The notes: generated by a model not told the origin, from the letters alone. A DNA stretch of 64,000 bases from the human T2T-CHM13v2.0 reference genome, Homo sapiens (GCF_009914755.1 NC_060939.1), one strand, 5' to 3'; positions 14,787-30,560 are shown, numbered from the stretch's first letter. Made by a program: numbers and translations.

Positions 14787-14857
14787 CTGTGATTGCTTCT
14801 TTTCACTTCTTTTGCACCTTTCTTGCTCTTCCTCTAAAGCCACTGGTAAGGTTTGTT
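14787..14857 (-). pseudogene. ANKRD20A: ANKRD20A exon (71 nt)
   Basis: caacAG|AACAAA...TCACAG|GTATAT; (E)QTLPVALEEEQERCKRSEKKQSQ. Confidence 0.9.
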
Positions 14858-15370
14858 CTGTTGACAAATTCATTGATTTAGTTCAAATGAACTAAGAAGA
14901 GTTAAAGACTATAATCTTTATAAAAATAAATAGAGAATAACATTTCTTTGTATTTTATATTTTGAGAGTTTGAATGAAACAATGTTTACTGAAATATTTA
15001 CTTCTGTAAGAAATACTTCTAATTATCCAAAACTTCAACAAACCACTTGGGGAGACACCAGATATCACCAGATTCAAGCCATGCAAAATCTCAGGGTCAC
15101 TCACAAATTGTTCCACCCAACATAAGTCAACAAAACTGTTAGAAACAAAACAGAAATTTGAAATACAGTCAAAATATACAATGTAATGCTTTACTATACT
15201 TCATAACAGTATCTTTTTAACAAGACACTAATTGAGTTGGCAGTTACTAATAATTTGCAAAATTATTGTTCTTTATACCTCAATTAGTGTGCACCCCATT
15301 TTTTACATCACAAATGTTTTCCCCTGCTATTCTGAAAAATTTATTTTCATCTTTTAAGACTCAGAAAGTA

Positions 15371-15667
15371 GGCTGGGCATAATAGCTCACATCTGTAATC
15401 CCAGCACTTTGGAAGACCAAAATGGGAGAATTGCTCAAGGCCAAGAGTTTAAGACCAGCCTGGGAACCATAGGTAACCTTGACTCTACAAAAAATTAGAC
15501 AGGTATGGTGATATGTTCCTGTTGTCCCCGCTACTCAAGAAGCTTAGATGAGAAGATCCCTCGAGCCCAGGAGTCTGAGGTTTCAGTGAGTCTCAATCAT
15601 GTCATTGCACTCCAATCCTGGGTGATAGAGTAAGAACTTGTCTCCAAAAAGAGGAAAAAAAAAAAAG
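15371..15667 (+). mobile_element. AluJ
   Basis: Diverged dimer with A tail; CTCAGAA in both flanks. Confidence 0.85.
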
Positions 15668-15879
15668 GCTCAGAATGCTTTGTGAAATCTTCCTTGATTC
15701 TAGCTATCTTTCTCCACACACACAGGTGTCTGCTTCGTTGGGGTCCCTTAGTACCTTGTCAATTTTTCTAGTGTCACTTTACCACCTGACATGCACATCA
15801 TGTCTTTACATGTTGACCCCTTTGCTGCTAGACTGTAGAGGACAATCTTTTGAATCATCTTTGTATAAACAGTCTTAAT

Positions 15880-16200
15880 TTTGCTAAATAATTACTTATT
15901 GAGTTCCTGCTAAGTGTTAGGCACTGGGGAATAAGGAAGGAAAATAGAAGCTGTCGGGGATGGCTTTCCTAAAGATCATCCATGAGCTGAGACTTAGAGA
16001 GTGAGGTTAGCCAGATTAAGCGAGGCAGAGGGCAGGAAAGGGTGAGCACATGCCAGGCAGCAACAAGAGAAGACAAGAAGCCTCCAAGAGAGTATGTATT
16101 TCTCTGCAGAAGAGGAATGGTGAGGGGGCCATTACCAGCAGCTCGGTAATTCCAGAGAAAAAGGCAGATGGGGAAAGGGATACAGATGGAGATTTGGGCA
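15880..16200. mobile_element. L2 fragment
   Basis: TTACTTATTGAGTTCCTGCTAAGTGTTAGGCACTGGGGAATA...GAGCTGAGACTT...CCAGGCAG motifs. Confidence 0.5.
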
Positions 16201-16208
16201 GAAATCAG

Positions 16209-16510
16209 TTTCCTTTTCTTTTCTTTTTTGGAACAAGGTTATACTCTGTCTCCCAGACTGGAGGGCAGTGGCATGATCTCAGCTTACTGCAACCCGGCCT
16301 CCCAGGTTCAAGTAATTCTCCTGCCTCAGCCTCCTGAGTAGCTGAGATTACAGGTGCGTGCCACTACCACCTGCTAATTTTTGTATTTTATTAGAGATGG
16401 GGTTTCACCTTGTTGGCCAGGCTGGTCTTGAACTCCTGACCTCAAATGATCCACTTGCCTCAGCCTCCCAAAGTGCTGGGATCACAGACATGAGCCACCG
16501 TGCCCTACCC
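16209..16510 (-). mobile_element. AluS
   Basis: Full dimer; TSD CAGAA(A/G)TCAGTTT. Confidence 0.9.
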
Positions 16511-16776
16511 AGAAGTCAGTTTCTGAAATCCTTATATAAACCTTTAAGATGCTTGGACATTAGGTATTCAGGACCGGTTCACGGATCTATTTGCATTAGG
16601 GATAATTCACTCTAAATACTGTGAGGAGCATAAAATTCTGAGGCATATAAATCAATGAACAAAGATAAAATATAAGGCAATGTTGCAAAGATGATGCAGG
16701 CCTGAGGAGATGTTTTCAGAAATATTTAGGATATAGGTATCAGTGGCCATTATAAGAATGAATTTCTATTGAATAA

Positions 16777-17271
<495 letters not shown>

Positions 17272-19039
17272 AACATATGGTGATTTTGTTTTAAAAGTTC
17301 TGTTTCCTGGATCTACCAAGCTCATGAGAAAATAGAGCAAACAAGTCATTTGCATAGGTTAGAAACTTTGGATTTATAGCTTGTCCTCACTACTCTAGAA
17401 GATTATCATCATGTTTTGCAAAGCAAAATGTTAAACACAGACACAAGGGGAAAAAGAAATTAAAACTATAGGGGTGGGTGAAAAAATATTGCATAATTTA
17501 TTACTGTTGACCTCATCATATGACTGATTAAGGGCACTGAATTTAACTTGGATGTGAAGTAGACCTCATATTAGCTGCAGTTAATCAGTAGACCAGGCGT
17601 CCTAGCAGAATTAAATTTGATGCTCCTGTGTTATCTTTAAATGACACAGCTTTTCTGAAAACCCTTACTCATAGCGCATGATTATCCATTAAGAAAAGGT
17701 GATGGAATATGTGAATACAGCGGAGGAGACACCACAAGGCAAATGCTCAGTGGTTCCCATTAATATTGGGAAAATCAACACTATAAAACAGAAAGCCATA
17801 GACATTATTTAATATTTGGTTTTGGGAGGTATTTTTAGTGACACTGCATACAGTTGTACCTAATAATTGCTAAATTAGAGACGTAAAAGTAAAACAAAGG
17901 CACATTGTGTTTGAGTAGGAAATCTATAGACATCTAGCTGGTTTTCCCATCCAGCCAAAAAATTCTAAATATAATCATGGTACCTGCACTCAAATTTATG
18001 TTAAATACCAACCTCAATAAAATCACTCTTTCTTCTCATTCTTTTTGTTATTTATATGTTGCTTTCCTTAAGGGAAGAATACAAATGCCTTGCTAAGAAC
18101 CATTCTGTTTGGTTGTAGGCTGCATAAGGGGAGTGAACACAAAGTACATTTGACCACAAAATGACTCTTTAAAAGTCAGAACTACGGTAGCATGAAGCCA
18201 AACGAGGTAATCTACAATAAAATTTTCTATGCTTCTTTTCCTTCTTTGCTCTCTTTCTACTCTAATAACTGCGATTCACACAGGTAATGAAGAGTGTAAT
18301 TCCTTGATAGAAACACAGCTCCAAGATTAATCCTTTCTTTAACTATGAAGTTCGCGTGTCCAAAATCTGTGGTAGTTGCTGTCTGATTTTTGATCACTGA
18401 TGGTGATACAGATATTTATCATCAACTCACAACTTCCCAAATCTTTGAAAAGTCTTACTATTGATGGTTCAACTAGTAGAAACATGATGTAAAATATCTG
18501 AAAATAAAGTTTTTATTTATTAGAATGTAAATAATAATACAAATTGTAATAAGGTGTAAAAGTTCTTTCTTCACTGAAGCAGTACCATGTTGTCCTCTAC
18601 CCCACAAATGCACTACTCCCCCGTGGTCTAATGTATTTTAAAAGTCTTGTAATTGCTATTAACTCAGACAAGTTTACTTAACTTGTTCTAAGCTTCTGGC
18701 ATTTACTACAGTTTACTTTCAATCACTCAACCATCTCTGTTATATATGTTGTTTTCCATGAGAAATTTGTTTATTAGTAATTAAGATTCTTCAGGGATAA
18801 GAAAATATTTGAATAACTAAGTTTGTGCATAAACACATTAAGGTCAAATACCCATGACATTATTGTGTGTTTCTGTGTACTAGAGACAAAAACTTCAAAA
18901 AAAATTTAATGAATATACGTTAAATTAAAAACTGCTTTCATTAAACTGAGATAATCTTCCCTCAATGCATGAATACCTTCAGAATTCACATAGACCAAAG
19001 AATTGTATAAAATATAATAGCCTTAAAAATCTTATTTGT

Positions 19040-19346
19040 AGCTGGCACAGTGGCTCCCACCTGTAATCCCAGCACATTGGCAAGCCGAGGTGGGCAGATC
19101 ACCTGAGGTCAGGAGTTCAAGAGCAGCCTGGCCAAACTGGTGAAACCCCATCTCTACTAAAAATAGAAAAATTAGCAGGGTATGGTAGCACGTGCATGTA
19201 GTATCAGCTACTCGAGGGGCTGAGGCAGGAGAATTGCTTGAACCCGAGAGGCAGAGGTGGTAATGAACCAAGACTGAGCCACTGCACTCCAGCCTTGGTG
19301 ACAGAGCAAGACTCTGCCTCAAAAACACAAACAAACAAACAAAAAA
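19040..19346 (+). mobile_element. AluS
   Basis: Full dimer with (CAAA)n tail. Confidence 0.9.
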
Positions 19347-20829
19347 CCTAATTGTTCCCATATAAGTCTATGTTCATACAAGATCTGAAGAGTACACAAC
19401 ACCGTGAGACAGGACAGACATATATTTTAAAAGTTATATTCCTGGTTTCTGTAAAAATAAAATAGTTGAATTTAAGCTTTCAAGACAAGTCAACGAAAAG
19501 AGCAAAAAATGCAAAAGTGAAACTCGAAAGGTCATTTCCCCATCAAGGGCTCATGATCACTGGACATTCACAAACTATACTGTTCAAAACATTAGATCTG
19601 AATTTTGATCCGAGTATCCCTTTAGTAGCAGTTTCATTCAAGGATGTCCAAGAGGTAAAATAAGACAATATCATTTGCTATTTTCAGTTTTCTTTTCTGA
19701 GAACAGCCCAGCATTCTTCTTCAGAGAAATGAATTGTCCTAACTTCATAGGCTAAAGGCTCATGAGTCATAGTTCTAAGGGCATTAATAAAATATGGTGG
19801 TGCATGCTTGTATTCTGAACTTTTCAGGTTTAAACTCTCATATAGTAAATGCTAATAGATACAAACCGATTAAAGAAAAGCCCTCTTAATCTGACATTAT
19901 TTTTCTTTTTATTTCTTCATTTATCAGCAACAGGAGAGTCTAACTAAATGTGGTAAAGTGGTATGAGGGAATACAATGAACAGTGTAAAATGAATTAAAC
20001 CAGAGATAATCACACCAATGTGGGTACAAGTGGAAAGTATAATACAAAACACACCAAAGAAAGTGGCAGAAAGGTATATAAACTGTATAACCACTCACAT
20101 ACCATTTTAGGACACAAAAAATTCTGCATATTATTTCTGAGCATCACAATGTAGTTAAAGATTTCAAAAGGGCATTGAAATGAAAAACAACCAACTTATG
20201 ATGTTGGTAGCCTCTATGCAATCATGTTTTAAAAACTTTAACACCAAAAAGGCTCAAAATCACCATTTTAAAAGGCTGTGTCTACCAGTCATAAATGAAT
20301 CATTACTTTCATCATTTGTAGTAGTCAAAGATGCCACAAGCGCACGCATACACACATCTATATATACACCTACACACACAGTCTTACTCATTAGAACATC
20401 TGATAGGCTTCAGATCATCAGTGTAATAACACTAGCAGCAAGCCTCTGAAGTTAAAACAGAAACTGACACTTTAATAAGTAAAGCTTTCCTCTAGGTAAA
20501 GATCAGAACTCCAACTAGCACTTAACTCACTGGAAATATCTTAAGAGTCTCAAAATTCACTGCTTTGAATCCCTGACAAGTATAAAAATTTTATACTGAA
20601 AACTTCATGCTATTCAAAACATTAAAACAGAAACATCTGACCTAAAGCTTACATTTTTAAAATCTTTTTTATGCTTCTAAATTTGTTTTTATTCAAATAT
20701 GGATACCAACAATAACATTTATGTCAAAGCCTTCTGTTCAATATTGAACAAATAGAATTAGGAATAAGAATAATATGAGTACATCCAATCATTGAATGTA
20801 CTTTATTTACAGTATTCCATTAAATGTAC

Positions 20830-20902
20830 CTGCTCTCAATGTCTGTACATTCTTTCTTTGTACTGCTCCTTTCACAGCAGGATCTTCCACTTCAGTGCTA
20901 GG
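20830..20902 (-). pseudogene. ANKRD20A: ANKRD20A exon (73 nt)
   Basis: attcAG|CCTAGC...GAGCAG|GTACAT; PSTEVEDPAVKGAVQRKNVQTLRA. Confidence 0.9.
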
Positions 20903-20993
20903 CTGAATGGGTTTTAAAAGAAAACGATTCATAAATCATATATATTTTATACAACATGGAGTTAGTGATTCAAAAATATACATAATTAATTAC

Positions 20994-21022
20994 CTTCAAG
21001 GAAGGATGTTTTGCAGGAGGCC
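20994..21022 (-). pseudogene. ANKRD20A: ANKRD20A micro-exon (29 nt)
   Basis: ttgtAG|GGCCTC...TTGAAG|GTAATT; (G)PPAKHPSLK; the 29+73 nt exon pair is typical of the ANKRD20A/30/36 family. Confidence 0.9.
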
Positions 21023-22534
21023 CTACAAAGCAAAGGGGATATGTCATCAATTATATGTAAGTATGACAGGGCCAACCAAACATTCATGCAGTGTTACTGT
21101 CGAGCTGAATTCTCAGGCCTGGCTATAAAAATAATTACTTAAGGTTTTGAGGGTTCTTCTTGGCTTCTTCTTTTCATTGCCTAGGACAGCAACATGACAG
21201 AAACACAATGAGGAAAATAGGAATATAGGATTCCCAAAATGCACAGTTTACATTTCGGTAGTGAGATTATGTTTCAAATGCCTATACTTAAAATAGAAAA
21301 GCATTGATATAACCGTGAACACGTGGACTGATAAGGAGAAAAGGGACCATTAAACAGAGGGGCAAATTAAACCTGAGAGAATCAATGTCAAAGCTGATGG
21401 TGAATGTACAGAGTATTTTAACTCCACACACCAGAGGCATTGCTGCCAGCACAGCACAAATAAATTCCCCTTGTCTTGTCACTGAGGAAATACGCAGTTG
21501 GGATGACAGTTCAGATGAATGTGGGATTCACCTCTCATCAAAGAAAGGGTTCTACATTGATCAGCTAGGATACACACTTATGAAATAACAGCTAATCAAA
21601 CTACTCATTTTTCCCATGATCACATGGGCTACTGCAGCACCTACATTTCTCCTATCCCCTCATTTGGCCTTGAATTAGAGCTCCTTGATCCACTCATGCA
21701 AGGTGGTCCATAAAACACATCAAATAAACCATGTCGAATAAGCTTCTGATATCAAAATATTTATCAAAAAAGAAAACATTGAATGACCACAGACTTGCTG
21801 GATATTAATACATATTTATATTTCAAAATCAGTGCAGTATTTATTGAAAATGATAATTTTGGTTTTCATGGAATGAATTTTATGATTACTTCTAAAATTA
21901 ACTAAGTTTGGTATATTATCTTACACTGTAAAGGACTTTTATAAAACAGCTATCATATCAAAGAACTGGCTGTCTCAAAAAAATTTCACCAAAGCATCTA
22001 TATGCAAGTTAATCATATCTTATTCACTCATGTCAGTGAAACTTCTCTCCCTGAGGCCTGACAGTTATCAAGTGAAATGAGCTGCTGTGGTTTACCCCAA
22101 CTCTAGCACTCCCTCCTGTCTCCAGTACTCTCCACAGCAATAACCTCTTTTGTGAGACTGGGCATATGCTGAAGCAACTGGAAGTGAGTTGTCTCAAGTT
22201 TACTTGGCTTTAACTCCCAAGACCCCAGCAAATGTCCTTCTTTCCTCCTTTTGTGTCCTTTCACCATCCCTCTTCCTTTGAAAAAATGATTATCAGAACT
22301 GTCATCCTGATGCTTCCCTTCCTAACTGCTTTTTATGGATGATTGTGACCACTTTTTTCATCTGTATTCAGCAGTAGTATACACCTGTAATCTCTCTTTT
22401 TTCATCTCATTTTCCTTCCCCTGTGGCTAGAATCATGCTCAGAAATAAAAGGAAATTAAAGCTTTCCCTGGATTCTGTTATTTTTTAAATTGCTCTCCAG
22501 TGGTTCTTTTTCCAGATTTCTCTAAAGGAAAGCT

Positions 22535-22685
22535 ATTCCCTTGCTATTCAGAGCTGTGTCCAAGGACCAGCACAAACATCACCTGAGTGCTCATGAGAAA
22601 TGCAGACTCCAATACCTGCTGAGTCAGAATGTGCACTTTCCAGAAGCTCCTCAACGAATTCATGACAATTTGAATGCCCTGTTCC
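22535..22685. mobile_element. MER5A (hAT-Charlie) relic
   Basis: GGACCAGCA...CATCACCTGAG...GAAATGCAGACTC...CCTGCTGAGTCAGAAT. Confidence 0.6.
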
Positions 22686-23391
22686 ACACTGGTGTGCTTC
22701 CATATTGGTTTACCCTAACTGGCCTTTTTGGCCTAGCCTCAACTTCTTTCTTATTATGTCCCTGAATTTAATACTACGTTATAAACCATAATGTTTCTAA
22801 TGAACTTTTAATCAGGCAAAGCTTCTCTAATTAATTTCTTCCCAATAAATCACCCAACACTATTCTTTTCATTTTCTATAAAAACAAATTATAGCCATAC
22901 ATGGCTGACCATTTACAGTGATGTTCATCTATGGTAGATAAAACACAGGTCTGCATGGTAAAGTACCTCAATCCTTAATGCCTCCCCAGTAGCGAGAATG
23001 ACAGCAAGAGAAGGAAAATGTTACTGTAATTATATGACACATTTTGGTACTAGAAGCTCACTTTATCTTCCTTCCTATTTCTAACACCCTGTTCCTCCTT
23101 CTTCTACAGATCAATTTGACTTTACTACCCTCCATTACATACATCCACTCTTTTTTATTTATTCCATGTACACTCTTCCCTCCTCATTCTTTCTTTCTCT
23201 TTTATTCATTTCCTCTTCCCTCTCTCCTGACTTGCCTCAGGTCTTAGAGTATGTTAAAATGGAACTCATAACTCAGCTCCTTTAGTGGTACTTCCAATAG
23301 AATCAACTGCTGACCCTTGGTTAGAGACACCACTTATCACCATTTCATTTCTCTTTTACTTATGATACAGTTAATAGGACATTTTCTTTAG

Positions 23392-23734
<343 letters not shown>

Positions 23735-23773
23735 CTCCATCAAATGACTTTTTAAATAAAATACGGTTCTCAC

Positions 23774-23858
23774 CTTTTCCTTTTCCATTGACTATTCTGT
23801 TTCCTTTTTCATGAGAAGGTCCACGTAAAGGCTCTGACACTTTCTCGGGGACACACTG
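23774..23858 (-). pseudogene. ANKRD20A: ANKRD20A exon (85 nt)
   Basis: ccttAG|CAGTGT...GAAAAG|GTGAGA; QCVPEKVSEPLRGPSHEKGNRIVNGKGK. Confidence 0.9.
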
Positions 23859-23929
23859 CTAAGGTAATATCAAGAATTAGTTTCCATTTAAAATTATAAT
23901 GAGTTGCATCAAGAGTTTCTTATCAATCT

Positions 23930-24226
23930 CTTTTTATGAAACTGGGTCTCACTCTGTCAACCCAGGGCTAGAATGCAGGGGCCTGATTATGGCTCACTGT
24001 GGTCTCAAACTCCAGACCTCAAGCAATCTTCCCACCTCAACTTCCTGGATAGCTGGAACTACAGGTGCATACCATCATGTCATGCTAATGTTTTTATTGT
24101 TATCTTTGTAGAGACAAGGCCTCATTATACCTCCCAGGCTGGTCTCAAGCTCCTGGGCTCAAGCAAATCTTCCACTTCTGCCTCCCAAAGTGTTGAGATA
24201 AGCAGTGTGCACCACCACACCCAGCC
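23930..24226 (-). mobile_element. AluJ
   Basis: Diverged dimer. Confidence 0.85.
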
Positions 24227-24242
24227 CTAATCAATTTCTTTA

Positions 24243-24607
<365 letters not shown>

Positions 24608-24928
24608 TCAATGAAATATGAGCTTAAGCCAAGAAAGAAAACGAAAAACATGAAGTATAATAAAGTACATGGGGAAATAGATCTATAACAGAGCCTTCGG
24701 TCTTTCATAACTCTGATAATACTAATTAATATTTATGCTGCAATTAGTTTTTTGTAAGTACTTCTGTGATAGTGTTTCTTACTATAAGACATTCAATTAG
24801 CTAAATATGGTCATCTACCATTACCTGAAAGAACATTATTATAACAGAGAGAGAAAACTGGAACTTTCCATCAACTTTCCACCCAGAAAAAGAATTGGTC
24901 ACCAGAATTCTAAAGAGTAATGTATGGC

Positions 24929-25702
24929 AGACACATGAAAAAATGCTCATCATCACTGGCCATCAGAGAAATGCAAATCGAAACTACTATGAGATATCAT
25001 TTCACACCAGTTAGAATGGCAATCATTAAAAAGTCAGGAATCAACAGGTGCTGGAGAGGATGTGGAGAAATAGGAACACTTTTACACTGTTGGTGGGACT
25101 GTAAACTAGTTCAACCATTGTGGAAGACAGTGTGGAGATTCCTCAAGGATCAAGAATTAGAAATACCATTTGATCCAGCCATCCCATTACTGGATATATA
25201 TGCAAAGGATTATAAATCATGCTGCTATAAAGACACATGCACATGTATGTTTATTGTGGCACTATTCACAATAGCAAAGACTTGGAACCAACCCATATGC
25301 CCATCAATGATAGACTGGATTAAGAAAATGTGGCACTTACACACCATGGAATACTATGCAGCATAAAAAAATGATGAGTTCATGTCCTTTGTAGGGACAT
25401 GGATGAAGCTGGAAACCATCATTCTGAGCAAACTGTTGCAAGGACAGAAAACCAAACACCACATGTTCTCACTCATAGGTGGGAACTGAACAATGAGAAC
25501 ACTTGGACACAGGATGGGGAACATCACACACCAGGGCCTGTCATGGGGTGGGGGGAGAGGGGAGGAATAGCATTAGGAGATATACCTAATATAAATGACG
25601 AGTTAATGGGTGCAGCACACCAACATGGCACATGTATACATATTTAACAAACCTGCACGTTGTGCACATGTACCCTAGAACTTAAAGTATAATAATAATA
25701 AT
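24929..25702 (+). mobile_element. 5'-truncated L1PA (L1PA4/5-like), ~775 bp
   Basis: ORF2 C-terminus ([16 protein letters not shown]...[13 protein letters not shown]...) plus 3' UTR; perfect 17-bp TSD AAAGAGTAATGTATGGC at 24912-24928 and 25703-25719. Confidence 0.95.
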
Positions 25703-26070
25703 AAAGAGTAATGTATGGCTTGAAACAGTATATTTAATGGAACATGAGTTGGGTCTAACAAAAAGCTTAAGAAATGTTAATCTAAAATCTCAATGTTAAG
25801 ATTCCAGTTGAATGATACTAGAAAATATATTGTAACCCTCTTTGCTACCGATGACCTATTTCTCTTTTATTTCCTTTTTAATTATGGCATAATTTCTCAA
25901 CATAACATGTCAAAACTTATACACCCTTAAATATTAAAAAATAATACAATGTAAGCAATATTTTAAATACAATATTTAATGATTAGATACATTAGGTTTA
26001 TTATATTACTTATAACATTCCATTATATAAAAATTCATTTGTTTATTTATTCAGATTAAACAACTATTAA

Positions 26071-26365
26071 GGCTGAATGTCTCATGTCTGTAACCCCAGC
26101 ACTTTGAGAGGCTGAGGCGAGCAGAACACCTGAGCCCAACAGTTAAAGAAGAGCCTGGGCAACAAGGCAAAACCCTATCTCTACAAAACTCAGCCCAGCA
26201 TGGTGACACAGGTCTATGGTGTCATAGCTCTATTGTTTCAACTACTTGGATGGCTGAGGTGTGAGGATCACCTGAGCCTAGGAAATGGAGATCGGAGTGA
26301 GCCAAGATCTCACCAGTGCCCTCCAGCCTGGGTGACAGAGTGAAACCCCATCTCAAAAAACAACA
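26071..26365 (+). mobile_element. AluJ
   Basis: Diverged dimer. Confidence 0.8.
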
Positions 26366-26544
26366 AGTAAAATGCTTCTTACATGGAAGACTGTATTCTA
26401 GGTACTCCAGGATACACACAAATATGTTTACTGACCTCCAGTAGCTTATGGTATGCAGGAGCTTCCAATGATCATTTAAAAAACTAAATAGAAAACCTTC
26501 TGACATTCAAACTTTCAGAATATGATATAAGGACTTTGAGTGGT

Positions 26545-26882
<338 letters not shown>

Positions 26883-27119
26883 TAAACTACAATGACAAAA
26901 TTATGATGATAAAGACTTACCATATTGGTATTAAGAGTCTCTGCTTCTAGAACTGGTTATTTGCAGGAAAATACAAGTTATTCAATTAGATGAAGTGTTT
27001 TATATAAACTCTTCATGGACAACTCATAAATCACATAAAAATCCCTTTGCAATACAAATCTTGAGAACATAAATTTAAATTTCTACATTTCCACAATTTA
27101 TATTTTTAAATCAGATACA

Positions 27120-27225
27120 ATGTTGCCCAGGCTGTTCTCAAACTCCTGTGTTCAAGCAATCTTACTGTCTCAAACTCCCAAGTAGCAGAGACTACAGGTG
27201 TACACCACCAAACTCAGCTATTTTT
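27120..27225 (-). mobile_element. Alu monomer fragment
   Basis: TGTTGCCCAGGCTG...CAAACTCCTG...GACTACAGGTG. Confidence 0.7.
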
Positions 27226-27809
27226 CTACAATTTTTAATACTTTTTTAGTCTCACTACAGAACCAATAATATAAGTAGAGAAACAATCTCTCCTAAAAAC
27301 TATATGACACCAAAATGATAAGTTTCCAAGAACAAAAGCTATATGCTATGTGCTGAACATTTCTGCCACTAAAAATTACCAGGAGGATTCCATGATTACT
27401 GCAAACAATTTGATCCACTGAAGATTTATACAGGAATAAATATTAAGAAAGTCACACTCGTATGATTTAAAAGTCAAAGTAGTAGTATTTATCCAAATAA
27501 ACTTTAACCAAATTTCATATTTCCTCTATTGGAGAAAGCATTTCCTAATGTGATTTTCCTGTGACTACTTGTTTTCCAGTTCATTTATTTTTCAGCTCCC
27601 ACCCTGTCACAGTACTTACCAATCTTTATTAGTTACCAAAGTTAAACACATTTTTTGAATCAACTAGCCATGTGTATGTTTTTCTCTGACCAGCTTTCCA
27701 TTACCACCATAAAACAATGATAGGTAAACCACTGCTAAATTTGAAAAGTAAATACTATGCAAAACTACACTCAGAGTGAGAAGATTAATTTTACAAGAGA
27801 CCACTTTAC

Positions 27810-27879
27810 CTTAGTAGCAACACTCAAGTCTTCATCATCCAATGTAGGCAATGAATCCACACACAGTTTATGCAAAATG
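27810..27879 (-). pseudogene. ANKRD20A: ANKRD20A exon (70 nt)
   Basis: ctcaAG|CATTTT...ACTAAG|GTAAAG; ILHKLCVDSLPTLDDEDLSVATK. Confidence 0.88.
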
Positions 27880-29559
27880 CTTGAGAGCAAAAATACACAA
27901 TGAAAATGAGCAAGTTGATTTCTTTACAATTTTTTTAACTGCCAGTTTATATCCAGCTTCCCCCTCAAAAAAAGGAAAACATAATCTGGGGAAAGGTCAG
28001 TGATCTATATATTAAATTATGATTCTTGATATAATTAAAATATGTCCTCTGTTCTAAAAATAGATTTTAGTTACCTATTTCTGCCTCCACCTGTCTAAAT
28101 CTATAAAATATTCAATGAAAACTTACCTTGAGGTTTATAACAAATAGTGACAGTCAATATATTGGCAGAGCCTGACAATAATGTGCCCTCACAAATTATC
28201 TGTCCTGAAGCTGAACTTAAAATTCAATTAATGGATGACATAAATTTTGTTCCCTAAACTGGAATAAAACTGATGACCTAAAACAAGGTAGAAAGATCCA
28301 CTGTCTCTTTTCTGTGATCTGTCTCTGGATAAAAGACTAATCTACATCACTTCAAAATGGTAGTCTTGATTCCTCAGCATGGATCCAACTTAGGAAGGTC
28401 CTATTGCTTTCCTTTACCCTAAATTGGTACAGGAAAGCCCCCACAATATTTGAAATGTATGAAAGCTAAATGTACAGAAGTCAAATAGCAAAGGTGTATG
28501 TTCTTACTGAGAATACTTTTCCCAGAAATATTAAAATATTAACAATTATAAAATCCCATTATTTTCACTCTATAGGTCCTACCTTATTCAGGTCCACATA
28601 AACTAGCAAGCCCTTAAAAATTTTCATAGGCACTCAGACACCCAAGGAGAGAGACTGCGAGGAAAGAAACAGAGTCATGATAGTTGTACCTCTATTTCCC
28701 TAAGTACTATCTAAGTATATTTCTTCCTATGGACACCCACTTCCAGATTCTACTTCTGCAGGGTTCCACAGAAGTCTCCAATCTTCAAATCTTCAGTGTA
28801 TGAAAGCACAGATTCCTGAAAGAATGGCCTCAAATGACCAGGAGTAGGAGCTCTCTATATCCCTGCTCCTGAAAAACAAGCTAACTGGAGTCTCCATCAC
28901 CTGCCACCAGCTATACACACTACCAACTACCCAACTGAACTCCATGACTGATTTGCCAGCTAATCATGCCCCTGACCCAGCCCACATGGACATGGGAAGG
29001 ACATCAGTGAACCGTGAAAAGAGGCAGAGGTGAGGAGACACCTGTCCTGTGCCACACATCTATGTAGTTCAGCAATTTCCAGCCCCTTAGTACTCCAGGG
29101 GCTCTAAGCCACCCCTTTGTAAGTCAGGATGGAAGTAGATGACACCACATTTTTATCTGCTGTAGACATTCTTCCCAGTGTCTCAAAATGTTTTGGCATC
29201 TTTCAGTAAAAATCTTCAAGTTTGTCAGTCCTTGATTTAAAAAAAAAAAGCAGCAAAATTTTTAGAGCTCCCTTGAACCTTCTATTTTAATGTGCCTTTG
29301 TAGATAATTCCCAACATCTTGTGTCCTTCATTTTTATAATTTATCTTTATCAAACTTGTCATAAACCCCAATACTTTGATCTCTTGTAGAAGAGTCCGTA
29401 CTCCTATCCAGTCCAGTGTTGTTTATCTTCAAACTTGGACTTCCCCTGCTCATTCCATTCTTATCTACTTCCATTGGGTTCACCAGCTAATTCCATTCTC
29501 ATTCTATCCACAGGCTCACTCCCGTTTGTATTATTAAAACACACGCCAATAGGACATAA

Positions 29560-29765
29560 AAAGAAGCAAGAGTACTGGGCTTTACCATGAGTTCAAATCT
29601 CATTTCTGCCAATTCCTATGTCTAAAAAAAAAAGCTTCCTAATCTCTTTGAGCCTCACATTCTCTATCTAGAGAATCACTTGACCAGAATGTTCAATGCA
29701 GATAAAAATACTAGAAGGTATTTTAATTCATTCCAAGATTCCTTAAAATTCTGTAATTCTATGTC
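29560..29765. mobile_element. MIR relic
   Basis: GAGTTCAAATCTCATTTCTGCC...AATCTCTTTGAGCCTCACATTCTCTATCTA core-like motifs. Confidence 0.5.
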
Positions 29766-30560
29766 CTCTTGATTCTGTCTATAGAAAAACTTGGAATACA
29801 TAGGCAGCAGAGTTTGAAAAAAATAATAGAACAAAAGAAACACCAAGAAAAACAGAGAAGAAAGTTTTAAAAAATGAAGACAAGATTATATAAAAGTCAT
29901 GGAAAAAGCAACAAGACTAAAAAATGTATTATGGAAGTAAGCAGAAATACTTGCCTAAATGGAAAACCAAACTGGGAAGTCAAATAATTTGTCTCTAAGA
30001 CTTGCCTAAACTTGCTTTGGTAAAACTTACAGTCCTATGGCCAAAGCTAAGTCAGATCTGCCCTAGAGCCTTTGAAGGTAAAAATAAGATACTGGTTACC
30101 ACTGAAATCGTCAAATTTATTAGGACTAACCACATTCTAACAATAAACTTAAATGAGAGTTCAAGGTATTTAAACTCTCATTAATTTAGAAGTTAATCAA
30201 ATTAATGAATCCGATTGATCTGATTCAGACCTATACTTTGATCCAAGGACTGCACAGATATCTATCAATCTATGCTGAGGAGCAAGAGAAAGGATTTGGA
30301 AGGCAGGTAGGCTGATGGTCAAACTGTAGGCCAGCTACTTTGTTAACTATGGGATCATGAGGCAATTAATCAGCTCTAATCCATAGTTGTTTATTTAACA
30401 GTAGGTTATAGGAACACAGATGTTATGATGGCTTTATGAGATGATAAATGCATAGAACATATTAGGATGTCTAGCCCAGAATACAACACTCAACAGATAT
30501 TAGTTTCTTCCATCTATATTTTCTTAGTTAACATAATTTTTTAAATCTATGAAATCTTAC

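Noticed and set aside
21141-21180. Exon-like segment (ctAG|GCAATGAAAAGAAG...) upstream of the 29-nt exon
   Set aside because: It has no convincing donor and is not needed for the colinear ANKRD20A peptide.
24920-25366. 148-aa ORF as a gene or active L1
   Set aside because: It is only the C-terminal end of L1 ORF2 in a 5'-truncated copy, and the ATG comes from the TSD.
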